DNA of 64,000 nucleotides from positions 37,634,001 through 37,698,000 of the forward strand of contig OX597834.1 of NCBI GenBank assembly GCA_951406725.2, given 5' to 3'. The notes below the pieces were generated by a model. The model was not told the DNA's origin. It worked only from the letters and a program-made list of their open reading frames with translations, and searched no databases. Positions 51,910 through 64,000 of the stretch are shown here, in pieces; the stretch's first letter is position 1, and each line of letters begins with the position of its first letter. This stretch comes from Octopus vulgaris (lineage: Eukaryota). Both the position numbers and the translations under genes were made by a program.

Positions 51910-52128
51910 TTTCTTAACTACCCACAAGGGGCTAAACATAGAGGGGACAAACAAGGACGGGCAAACGGATTAAGTCGATTACATCGACCCAGTACGAAAC
52001 TGGTACTTTATTTATCGACCCCGAGAGGATGAAAGGCAAAGTCGACCTCGGCGGAATTTGAACTCAGAACATAACGACAGACGAAATACGGCTACGCATT
52101 TCGCCCGGCGCGCTAATGTTTCTGCCAG
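51910..52128 (-). mobile_element. SINE family 1
   Basis: Similarity to other copies. Confidence 0.88.
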
Positions 52129-52162
52129 ATCGAATATGTAGAAACAATAGGTATCGCTGTAT

Positions 52163-52202
<40 letters not shown>

Positions 52203-52899
52203 ATTTGTTTATTTATTTGATGGTTGATTTTCGTAGTCCGAGGAAGATGCCTCTGCATTTCTTGCCGAGCGACCTGCGCCAATGATTTATTTAGATGGAT
52301 CAAATGTATGCGCTTCCAGCCATCAAATCGACGTTGCCTGAACAGCTAGTGATACATTGCACTACGCGTCAGGTGTCGAAGTGATAGCAGTCAACGTGGG
52401 ATGAAGTGTCTTGCTCAACAACACAACGTACTCTCCGGTGTAAGATCGTGAGTACAACACCCTGACTACTAGACCATGCGACCAGACACGCACACGCCCA
52501 CGTTCACACATAAATGCACAACCGGCGTATACAACTACTGACCAACCCATTACAATAATGAGGTACCGAGCGATCCTCTAAGTGTTCACATAAACTGTCA
52601 GGAACAGTACTCTACCAGAGAAAGGAAGGTATATTCTTGTTCAAGGTAGTCCCTGATATCAGGTCTGTCTCAGGAGCATTATTGGCCCCCACGACAAATC
52701 AATGCATTGGGATTTTAAAGTACTTATTTATTGACTTCAAACCACCTCTTAATGCAAGGAAGTAGCTGATTGACCTGGAGAGACTCCCTTATTTCCGAAC
52801 TACGCAACCTGTTGAGTAACGTTACACCAGAGATCCTAGATAAAGTAAAAAGGTAAAATTACCTTCTCAAGGCATGCTAATTCATAAAGGTCGACTCTT

Positions 52900-53137
52900 A
52901 AGGGCTGACTTTTAAGGGCCGACTCATAAGGGCCGGTTTCCATGGTGTATATATTTCCCAGCTGCACGGGATGCCGGTCCAACGCTGGATTACTCATTTT
53001 TGCCAGTTGTGTGAATCGGAGCAACCTGAAATGAAGTGTTTTGCTCAAGAACACAACGCATCGCTTGGTCCAGGAATCGAAACCACAATCTTACGATCAT
53101 GAGTCCAACATCTTAGCCACTAAGCCACGCGCTTCCA
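52900..53137 (-). mobile_element. SINE, family 3-related
   Basis: tRNA-like head; tail shared with 49290-49345. Confidence 0.75.
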
Positions 53138-53842
53138 CTCAGAGATCATGAGACGGAAGCCCATCTCGGCTGCTTGAATACGCGATCGTACTCTTTCAGT
53201 TATGACCGAATGCGATCCAGAGGATATCAGATCATCAGAAGAAGCCATCTGTGATGGTGAGATGTAGCAATCGCAGAAATTTTGAGGGTTCTTGCTGTGC
53301 AATATTAATCCGAAGGAGCAATATCTGCTGAATATGGAGGGTAGGGTAACACATCCCAGCCGAGCTGCAGCAATTTTTGTCTGGTTCCCAAAGCATCAAG
53401 TGCCGAAAAATGAACTTTCTTATCTTCCATTTTAAAGGGTTACAGAATTAACATAGGTTATAGGAACATAAACCTTCTTCCACGAAAAGATAGGTTAAAC
53501 TGTACTCTAAATGGAGGTGTAGTCAAATCCTATTTTATGGACTCAACCATGTTCTAAAATAAGTCGAAAGGTAAGCCACTGTAAATCGGCACGAACTTTC
53601 CGGACAAACCAATATTTTCGATCCCACTGTTTACATAGACGTGTTCGTAAACAAATCGTTTTAACTTTCAGCGCTGGCTCTGATTTCTATAGAAAAACCG
53701 TAGCGACAACCTTAAAAACTAGCTGAAGGCGTATCTGTTGATGACATCTGTACATGGTTGCTGTGAGGTTTCTAAGTTACATTTGGATGGCATTTGGTTG
53801 CGAAAGATTACGAATAAAGAGTAGAGTTAATCTCTGCAGGAA

Positions 53843-54051
53843 AGGGCTACGGCTGGAGTCGATGGCACGTAGATTGCCGGTGTAGGGGACGGCTGGAGTC
53901 GATGGCACGTAGATTGCCGGTGTAGAGGGAACGGGAGGGGACGGCTGGAGTCGATTGCACGTAGATTGCCGGTGTAGAGGGAACGGGAGGGGACGGCTGG
54001 AGTCGATTGCACGTAGATTGCCGGTGTAGAGGGGACGGTGTAGAGGGGACG
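53843..54051. repeat. GC-rich minisatellite (~40-52-bp unit GGGGACGGCTGGAGTCGAT(T/G)GCACGTAGATTGCCGGTGTAG)
   Basis: Four near-identical units. Confidence 0.9.
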
Positions 54052-54574
54052 AACATAAAAAAAAATGAAAGGAAATAAACCCTGGGGTACACGAGAGATA
54101 ACTACTGCACAGGAAACCTCATTTGCATAACAACTGCTGTAGAAATGTACTGAGGTTATGAGGGATGCTACTTTCGCTACTACCACCACCACCATTACTA
54201 CTACTACCAACACCACCATTACTACTACTACTACCAACACCACCGTTACTACTACTACTACCACCACCACCACCACTACGACTTGAAAATTGAATTTTAT
54301 CGTTGGAAAATAATGTTGGAATGAATTAGATATGAATTTCACACGAATAGTTTTTGTAGCAGTACATAAACGCATACACATGATGTGTGTGTGTGTGTGT
54401 GTGTGTGACAACATGATATACATACACACATACATACACACACACACACACACACATACATACATACATACATACATACATACATACATACATACATACG
54501 TACATACATACATACATACATACATGTGTACACGCTGTGTACAAGCGGCAACACTCAAAACATGTGTAGGAGTA

Positions 54575-54735
54575 ATACGGGGTGAGTGCTGAAAAGATTC
54601 TGGCTTTCAGTAAAAGAAAGAAAAAAAATAACAGGGGGGGGGGGTGGATCAGTTAATTATGATTTTATTCAACATATTCCCTTCTCAGATTCACACACTT
54701 ATTGCAGCAGTCATTCAATTTTTCTAAGCTCTGCA
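54575..54735 (-). mobile_element. mariner-like terminus
   Basis: TA-CGGGGTGAGTGCTGAAAAG TIR-like end; minus translation LNDCCNKCVNLRREYVE* resembles a mariner C-terminus. Confidence 0.55.
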
Positions 54736-54816
54736 AACGAACTCGGAGGGTTCGGCCTTCAACCAGGCTTTTCGCGACAGCCTTAAGGCCAGATACTATT
54801 CAGCACACCCTCGCGT

Positions 54817-55104
<288 letters not shown>

Positions 55105-55171
55105 ATTACAGGATTCATTAAAATCTAAGCACGTTAATACGTGAGGACAGGACTAGCTAGAAATCAAAACA

Positions 55172-55566
55172 TTCTTTTCTACTCTAGGCACAAAACCCGA
55201 AATTTTGGGGGAGGGAGTCAGTCGATTACATCGACCCCAGTGTGTAACTGGTACTCAATTTATCGACCCTGAAAGGATGAAAGGCAAAGTCGACTTTGGC
55301 GGAATTTGAACTCAGAATGTAAAGACAGACGAAATACCTATTTCTTTACTACTCACAAGGGGCAAAACACATGGGGGACAAACAAGAACAGACAAACGGA
55401 TTAAGTCGATTATATCGGCACTAGTGTGTAACTGGTACTTAATTTATCGACCCCGAAAGGCTGAAAGGCAAAGTCGACCTCGTCGGAATTTGAACACAGA
55501 ACGTAACGGCAGACGAAATACTGCTAAGCATTTCGCCCAGCGTATTAACGTTTCTGCCAGCTCGCT
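55172..55566 (-). mobile_element. SINE family 1 dimer
   Basis: Two cores joined at AGACGAAATACCTATTTC. Confidence 0.9.
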
Positions 55567-55699
55567 TCACAATTAGGTAAATACAACCATCAGGTGTCAT
55601 GTGCTGATAGTCTACTGCAGGTGTGTATACATATATAGGTACCAAATTCAATATAAACAGTAAATCCGACTTGGGGTTGGTTCCAGGTGTCGCGTAGCT

Positions 55700-56370
55700 A
55701 TAAAAAGAACACAAACGGAGTCTAAAATTTACGTCTAAATTTTAAACCTCATTCGTCTTCTTATATAATATGTCACTCGAGATTTCGATCGAGAAATTTT
55801 CTGATTCAAGATGCACCTCGATCTGGTCGGCCATCTGAGATTAACAGCGAAACCTTCCCCTGTTATACGAGCAGGATGATTGCAGATACACTCTGAATAT
55901 CTGAACCGAGTGTTCAAAACCATCAGCATTAATTGGTCAGCAGGCTAGATGTTCGAGTCCCGCATCAATTGAACGAGGTAAACTTCACCCAAAGGATTTC
56001 CAAATTCGTTACAGACACGTAAAAGAAATTACATTTTTCTGAAGAAAAGGTAAGAAGGACGGTAAAGGGACCGTCCATAATAATGCGAAACGCAAACGAT
56101 CGTGGCGGAAGCGCAGCGAGTTACCACAAAAAATCTTCAAAGGAAAACTTCAGCAGAACGAGGTAATGCTTTCAATTTGGTGGGATTGCAAGGGGCGTTG
56201 TCTTTTGAAAGCTTCTCTTCACGGACAGGGCCATCAATTCTGGTGTGCACTCGGACCAGCTGCACAAATTAAATGCAGAAACGTCCAGCACATGCTAATT
56301 GTATGAATATTGTCTTTTCTCACGGCAATGCCCGACTACACACTTCTTTTGCAGAGGACAAAATATGCCC
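55700..56370 (+). pseudogene. Decayed mariner transposase
   Basis: LVSRLDVRVPHQLNE (WVPHEL), HNNAKRKRSW, VMLSIWWDCKG, FSHGNARLHTS (HDNARPH). Confidence 0.85.
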
Positions 56371-56795
56371 GCCGATCTTTCCTTCTTACCACACAGCTAC
56401 GCCTGCGTCTATAATAACGATATATATTCTCTTATTCTCTTACTTGTTTCGTCGTTTGACTGAGGCCATGCTGGAGCACCGCCTATATATATATGATCCT
56501 TGATAATGTATCGGAACATTCATGGAATGGCGGCTAAATGTTCTTCAAATCATATTCCCTCTGACAGAAATAAACAATGTTGTAATCTTTAAATAGAGAA
56601 TGTCTGACAAAACATCGGATCGTCACGGTTAATAACATCATCGATCAGCGATTGGTCATCTGGATCAGGGCTGACCGGAAGCTAAGCAACAACAGTAACA
56701 ACAACTGGATTTAACAAGATTGCTTCAGGCTGGATTAGAAACTACTTCTTATGCTGCTTCTTAATAAAAATTAGCCAAAGGGAACACACACATAC

Positions 56796-56884
<89 letters not shown>

Positions 56885-57139
56885 TGTGTGCTGGAAAAAT
56901 CGTTTGTAAGCCGGGTAAAAATAGCTTGGTAGTATTTCGTCTGTGTCTATGTTCTGAGTTCAAATTCCGCCGAGTTCGATTTTTACCTTTCATCCTTTCG
57001 AGTTCGATAAAAAAAATAAGTACTATTTGAACAATTGGAGTCGATGTAATCGATTTAATCCTTCTCCCGAAATTGCTGGCCTAGTGCCAAAATTTGAAGT
57101 CAATACATATATAGATTCAAATATATATTATCTTATATT

Positions 57140-57520
57140 TCTTATATTTGTCTCAGTCATTTGTCTGCGGCCATGCTGGAGCACTGCCTTTAGTCGAACA
57201 AATCGACCCCTGGGCTTATTCTTTGTAAGCCTAGTACTTATCCTATCGGTCTCTTTTGCCGAACTACTAAGTTACAGGGATGCATGCATACACACCAACA
57301 TCGGTTGACAAGCGATGCTGGGGGAGGGAAACATACGCACACGCACACATATATATATATATATACTCCGGGCTTCTTTCAGTTTCCGTCTACCAAATTC
57401 CACTCACAAGGCTCTGGTCGACTCGAGGTTATAGTAGAAGACACTTGTCCAAGGTGTCATGCAGTGAGACTGATCCCGGAACCATGTGGTTGGTATTCAA
57501 GCTACTTATCACACAGCCAC
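57140..57520 (-). mobile_element. CORE-type SINE, family 2
   Basis: Near full length. Confidence 0.85.
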
Positions 57521-58435
57521 CACCCCCACACACACATACACATATATACACACACACATACATACACACACACACATATATATATATATCAAAGAAATAT
57601 GAATTGTATAATAGAATTTTTCTCCACTCTTTCTTTAGCTAAGCATTGGCCACAACCACCACGGTCATCAATAACGCTACCGCCAATGGAAAGTCAAGAC
57701 CACCAACACCACCACTTACACTACCACTGCGCCAAACACTACAAGTAACACTAGCGCCTTTACTGTTCACACCGTAGTACCATAAACAGCACGACCCTTT
57801 CTCCAACACCACGATGACCGCCACAAGCATTGCTGCCAACACTACTGCCAACTACACAACTACCACCACCACCACCACAATGATCACTATAACCACCACC
57901 ACCACGATCACTATAACCACCACCACAATGATCACTACCACCACCGCCACCACGATCACTATAACCACCACCACAATGATCACTACCACCACCGCCACCA
58001 CCAACACGATCACTATAACCACCACCACAATGATCACTACCACCAGCACCACCACGATCACTATAATCACCACCACCACATCAACTACCACCAACACTGG
58101 TACAACTACAACCCTAACACCAGGAATACCACCGCCACCACCACCACCACCACCACTAGAGATGTTTGTTAATGTTTTTTAGCAGTGGGATATGAAAATA
58201 TTGCAACTAAAATGTGTCAGCTGACCATTTTGAATGGTATGGCTGTTATTGTATGGCAGTAATTGTATGGCCAGCCACAACGGTGTGGCTAGAACAGAAT
58301 GGCTACAATGGTATGGCTAATGTAATGGAAGGAGAAGTGGACACAAGACAGACACTTTTCCAATACACACACACACACACACACACACAGATATATGTAG
58401 TTATGTATACGTGTGTCTGTACATGTTGCCATGAA

Positions 58436-58495
<60 letters not shown>

Positions 58496-58496
<1 letters not shown>

Positions 58497-58904
58497 TCTT
58501 TTATTCTTACTCTTTTACTTGTTTCAGTCGTGTGACTGTGGTCATGCTGGAGCACCGCCTTTAGTCGCGCAAATCGACCCCCCAGGACTTATTCTTTGTA
58601 AGCCTAGTACTTATTCTATCGGGGACCTTTTGCCGAACCGCCAAGTTACGTAAACACACCAGCATCGGTTGTCAAGCGATATTGTGAGGACAAACACAGA
58701 CACACAAAGAAAACACACACACATATATATATATACATATATACGACGGGCTTTACATTTTCCGTCTACCAAGTCCGCTCACAAGGCTTTGGTCGGCCCG
58801 AGGCTATAATAGAAGACACTTGCCCAAGGTGCCACGCAGTGGGACTGATCCCGGAACCATGTGGTTAGTAAGCAAGCTACTTACCACATAGGCATTCCTG
58901 CGCC
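58496..58904 (-). mobile_element. CORE-type SINE, family 2
   Basis: Full length. Confidence 0.9.
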
Positions 58905-59399
58905 TATATATATATGTGTGTGTGTGTGTGTATACATATATATGTGTTTGTATGTGTCGGCATGCATGTCTATGTGTGTGTGTGTGTATATATATATATA
59001 TACACATACATACATACACACAGCCATGCATACGAACATGGTTACATACATAACCATACCTACGAACACATGATTTCAGGTACACACATATAGATACAAA
59101 GACACATACATACATACACAGAGATAGATATATACACATATGCATACGCGCATACAGATTATATATACACATAAACACACACACGCAAACACAGTCAAAT
59201 ACATATGTTTTAATAGTATACATAAACACATACAGATAAATTTTCCCTCCACGTGTACAAAGCATGCACGTACTGCACACTGCACACAATAACACAACAT
59301 ACGATATATGCTATACAGGAATACGTGGTACAAACTGCCATACACCATACGTCACGTATATACTCCGGATAAGATATATACACGCACGCATTTATACTA

Positions 59400-59487
59400 T
59401 AACACACATACATACAATAGATAGATGGATAGATAAATAGATGGATACATACATACATACATACATACATACATACATACATAGACG

Positions 59488-59528
<41 letters not shown>

Positions 59529-59638
59529 GGGATAGATAGACAGACAGATAGATACATACATAAATACATAGATATATAGACAGATAGATAGATAGATACA
59601 TTCATAGATAGATTGATAGATAGATAGGCAGACAGACA

Positions 59639-59693
<55 letters not shown>

Positions 59694-59707
59694 TAGATTA
59701 GATAGAT

Positions 59708-59756
<49 letters not shown>

Positions 59757-59908
59757 TACATACATACATACATACATACATACATACACACACACACATA
59801 CATACATACATACATACACACACATACATACATACATACATACATACATACATACATACACACATACATACATACATACATACATACATACATACATACA
59901 TACATACA
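59400..59908. repeat. Compound (GATA)n/(CATA)n/(TA)n/(CA)n microsatellite
   Basis: Direct inspection. Confidence 0.95.
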
Positions 59909-60636
59909 TCAAAATGTGGTGGGGTGGCAGAATCATTAAGCACCAGATAAAATGTCTCGCGGTATCACTTCAGACCTTTTCGGTCTTGAGATCAACTCCC
60001 GCCGAGTCCTAATTCGCTTTTCATCCCGCCGGGGTCGCTACAACAAAGGCCCAGTCCAGTACAGATATCGATGTATGTGGCTAACCCCATCTCTCCTGAA
60101 ATCAGCTGGTCTTCTCCCTAAATCACTGTGCGCGTGTGTGTGTGTGTTTGTGTAGATATATATGAATACAAGAGAGATAGAGGTGGGGAGGCGAAATAAG
60201 CCTAACTGTTGCGCCTAATGATGACCAGCCCATCGACGCATCCATTGTCTAACAACAGTTTATGACAAATTGCTGAACGTGGAATAAACTGTGTTGGTTG
60301 AATACCCCGTTTTTAATTTTCTGTATTTCACACTAAATTGTAATTATCTGTACAAGTAATTGATTTATTAAAACAATGTAACAAAGAATTTAAAAAAAAA
60401 GTACATTTTCAACAATATTTTACTAAGTTTTATTATATCTCATAATGTACCGGTTGCGCCATGGTCTATCATCAGGCGCTGACAAAAACTATGAAAAACC
60501 TTTCTTCATAGCACCCTAAATTTGGGCTGATATTGTTTAATGGTTAATGTTGCCTTTGTACTCACTACGGCTTATAGAAATATACAGCCTAATCTATACT
60601 CCACATAGTATATATAGCCAGCACCACACACAGTAC

Positions 60637-60669
<33 letters not shown>

Positions 60670-61490
60670 ATATATGAAGATGTACATGCATACATGCACA
60701 CAAACACACCATACATCATTACTACATGTCTTATATATATATATATATATATATCCATAGAGCTTTTCTATAGACACAAGACACCAATACCACATAGCTA
60801 TACTATATATATATATATATATATACGCACACACGCCATACACTAATATCACATAATATATATCATATATGTATATATATACACTGTATAACAATACTGT
60901 ATGCCCTATACACTCATACTACACATCATACATTATACACCCAACAATATTACACCATAGATTGCTATATACACCCGTCAATTAACTATGTATATCGTAC
61001 CATACACACAACATTACAAACTGAATTACACATGCTTATACACACTGTCTACTGTATCTATCACACATTACACACCCACGCTACACACACCACGTTCTAT
61101 ATACATAGCACGCTATATACACATGCTATATACGTAGAACGCTATATGCATAACACGCTGCACACACTTCACGTTATACGTGCCATAAAACAAGTCTCGA
61201 TATGCTAGAAACAACAGTCGAATTTACCACAAATCAACATCGACAGTTTTAATGACGATACAATCGATAAAAGTGGAGCTCGGCAGCCCCTCTGTAAATA
61301 GGGGGAAACGATGGAAAGGTCATAGTTGGAGTGGCTAAGCATAGGCCTGCTTGATCTGGACATCATTAAACAACAATTACAAAAACAACAACAACAGCAA
61401 CTACTACTGCTACTACTACTACTACTACTATTACTACACATACAATGTACATAACATTCTTTATATAATTCACACAGATCATTATATATT

Positions 61491-61533
<43 letters not shown>

Positions 61534-61782
61534 ATGCACGCCCGTACACAATATATAAACCATATACACATTTTACATACACGATATTATGTATATAGTA
61601 CACAGAATTTACATAGCATATGATATATACATACCACATTAATAACATACCATATAACCTACACACGGGAAACGGCTTATACCCAATACACATTTTATAT
61701 ATGTATATATATATCCACATATACACAATCATACATCGCACGCTTTGTGTACACTACACGCACAAGAATTGCATGGTGTGTA

Positions 61783-61823
<41 letters not shown>

Positions 61824-62787
61824 CATACAAACAACGGTTTTGTACGCAACGTTCCTATACTCCATACGGACATTACGACCACTGTATATACACACGCACA
61901 CACACACACTAAATACCAACACAGCATCAGCCCCATTACACACATATATACACATATATACACGCACAAATCAGAAACCAACACATTATCGACACACGAG
62001 CGCGAACACGCGTATATACGCTTGCCACACCCTTACACATCATGTACCACACATACACGCGCACACAGACGCAAACATAAACAGACAATGTACACTACAT
62101 ACACACACACATACATACATACACACACACACACGCACATAAGTCTGTGTGTCATACATCACGCTGTCATACACAAAGACACACCATACACCAATATACC
62201 ACGAGGCCAACAGTTACACATACGCAGACATACACACTCGTATATAGACATATATATATATATATATACATACATATATACATACGCACACTTAGAACCA
62301 CATGTTTATACATACACACACACACACACGCACACACACACACTCACATATATACATGCATGCATATACGTACATTCATACATACACATACAAAAACACA
62401 CACGCACATATATATATATACATAAACTCACAAACACATGTATATAAATATATATATGTATATATATATATACATTCATACCAACATACAGACACATGTA
62501 ATCATTCACACATATTCATACATTCATACAAGCACGTATGTATACATACACACAAGCATATACAAACGTTCATACCAACACATGAAATCACACACACGTA
62601 ACCACATTCATACAAACATATACATACATTCATACCAACACACCTATACATAACTACACGCATACCCATTCATTCATATATATTATATATATGTAGACAC
62701 TAGCAAAACTGTATATATATACATACATAAGCACGCACTCAAGAGCCATACGTGCATACATACATCTAAATGTACACAATCACAAAG

Positions 62788-62836
<49 letters not shown>

Positions 62837-62922
62837 GCGCGCACAGAGACAAACATATATTCAAGTCTCTGTATATAACTCGAGTACAGTGTACATGTAA
62901 AGTTGAAAGACAGAGCAAAAAA

Positions 62923-62970
62923 TTAATAATAATAATAATAATAATGATGATGATAATAATAATAATAATG

Positions 62971-63002
<32 letters not shown>

Positions 63003-63099
63003 GATAATAATAATAATAATAATAACAATAATGATAATAATGATGAGGATAATGATAATAATAATAATAATAATAATGATAATAATAATAATAATAAAA

Positions 63100-63137
<38 letters not shown>

Positions 63138-63220
63138 TAATGATAATAATAATGATAATAATAATGAGGATAATGATAATAATGATGATGATAATAATAA
63201 TAATAATAATAATAATAATC
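62923..63220. repeat. (TAA/TGA)n microsatellite
   Basis: Direct inspection. Confidence 0.95.
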
Positions 63221-64000
63221 GATTATAATAGTAATTAAGATATTACGGATAATAAATATATTGGCCACAAGGGAGCGATATATAACTAGAAATAGATATA
63301 AATATAAATTATTAGCCGCAAGGGCACCAGATAAAATGAAAGGGAGCACTTTTTGACTAAGTAGGATAAGAGTAGGGCTTTGTACGGTGATGATGTTGGT
63401 GGTGGTGGTGATGATGATGATGACGACGTTCAAAGGGGGATGTGTTCTTTATTAGCCACAAGGGGCCACTCAAACAAGTGTGTGTGTATGCGTGTGTGTG
63501 TGTGTGTGTAAAATCAAAGAGTAACCATGTGAATTCAGCCATCGAAGTTGGTACAGAATCCTCGTTTCGAACGTACTCTGAGTTACACTCACACGCCGAT
63601 ATGAAAATGTACACACACACACACACACACACACACTCGTAAATATATCCTTACGCATACACACTTAATTGTGCATATGAACGTGTGTGTGTGTGTGTAT
63701 GTATATGTGAATGAATACATGTTTGTATTTGTTGTTACGAATGTATATATATATATACATATGTGTGTGTTTGTATGTGTAGGTATGAATGTATATGTAC
63801 GTATGTGCATATGTATATGTGTATAAGTGTGTGTGTGAGTGTGTGTATTCATACACAGGCATTTGTATAGATATATACATACACATACACACACAGGGCC
63901 ATATTAGTCATATACAGACACACAAATATGTGTATATGCACACGCATATACACACATACCTACACACTTATACTACATACATCTACACGCATAGCCACAC

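Overview
Eukaryotic, AT-rich, repeat-saturated, non-coding DNA (intergenic or large intron). It is most likely from an octopus/cephalopod; this is an inference from the tRNA-derived SINE families and the extreme (TA)n/(CA)n/(TAA)n microsatellite load. I found no intact host protein-coding exon, rRNA, tRNA gene or CRISPR array, and almost all ORF-track entries are microsatellite or repeat artefacts. The window is a mosaic of three SINE families, LINE relics (CR1/L2-like, RTE, R4/Dong), Penelope-like element (PLE) relics, mariner relics, hAT MITEs and Helitron/Helentron-like elements. The most interesting signal is RNA-structural. First, about ten short elements sitting in or against (TA)n tracts each carry a minimal type-I hammerhead ribozyme motif, several with family-wide non-canonical catalytic cores. 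Second, a 487-bp TSD-flanked, internally deleted RTE element begins with an HDV-like ribozyme fold. All folds were derived by eye; no database searches or folding programs were run, and most boundaries are approximate.
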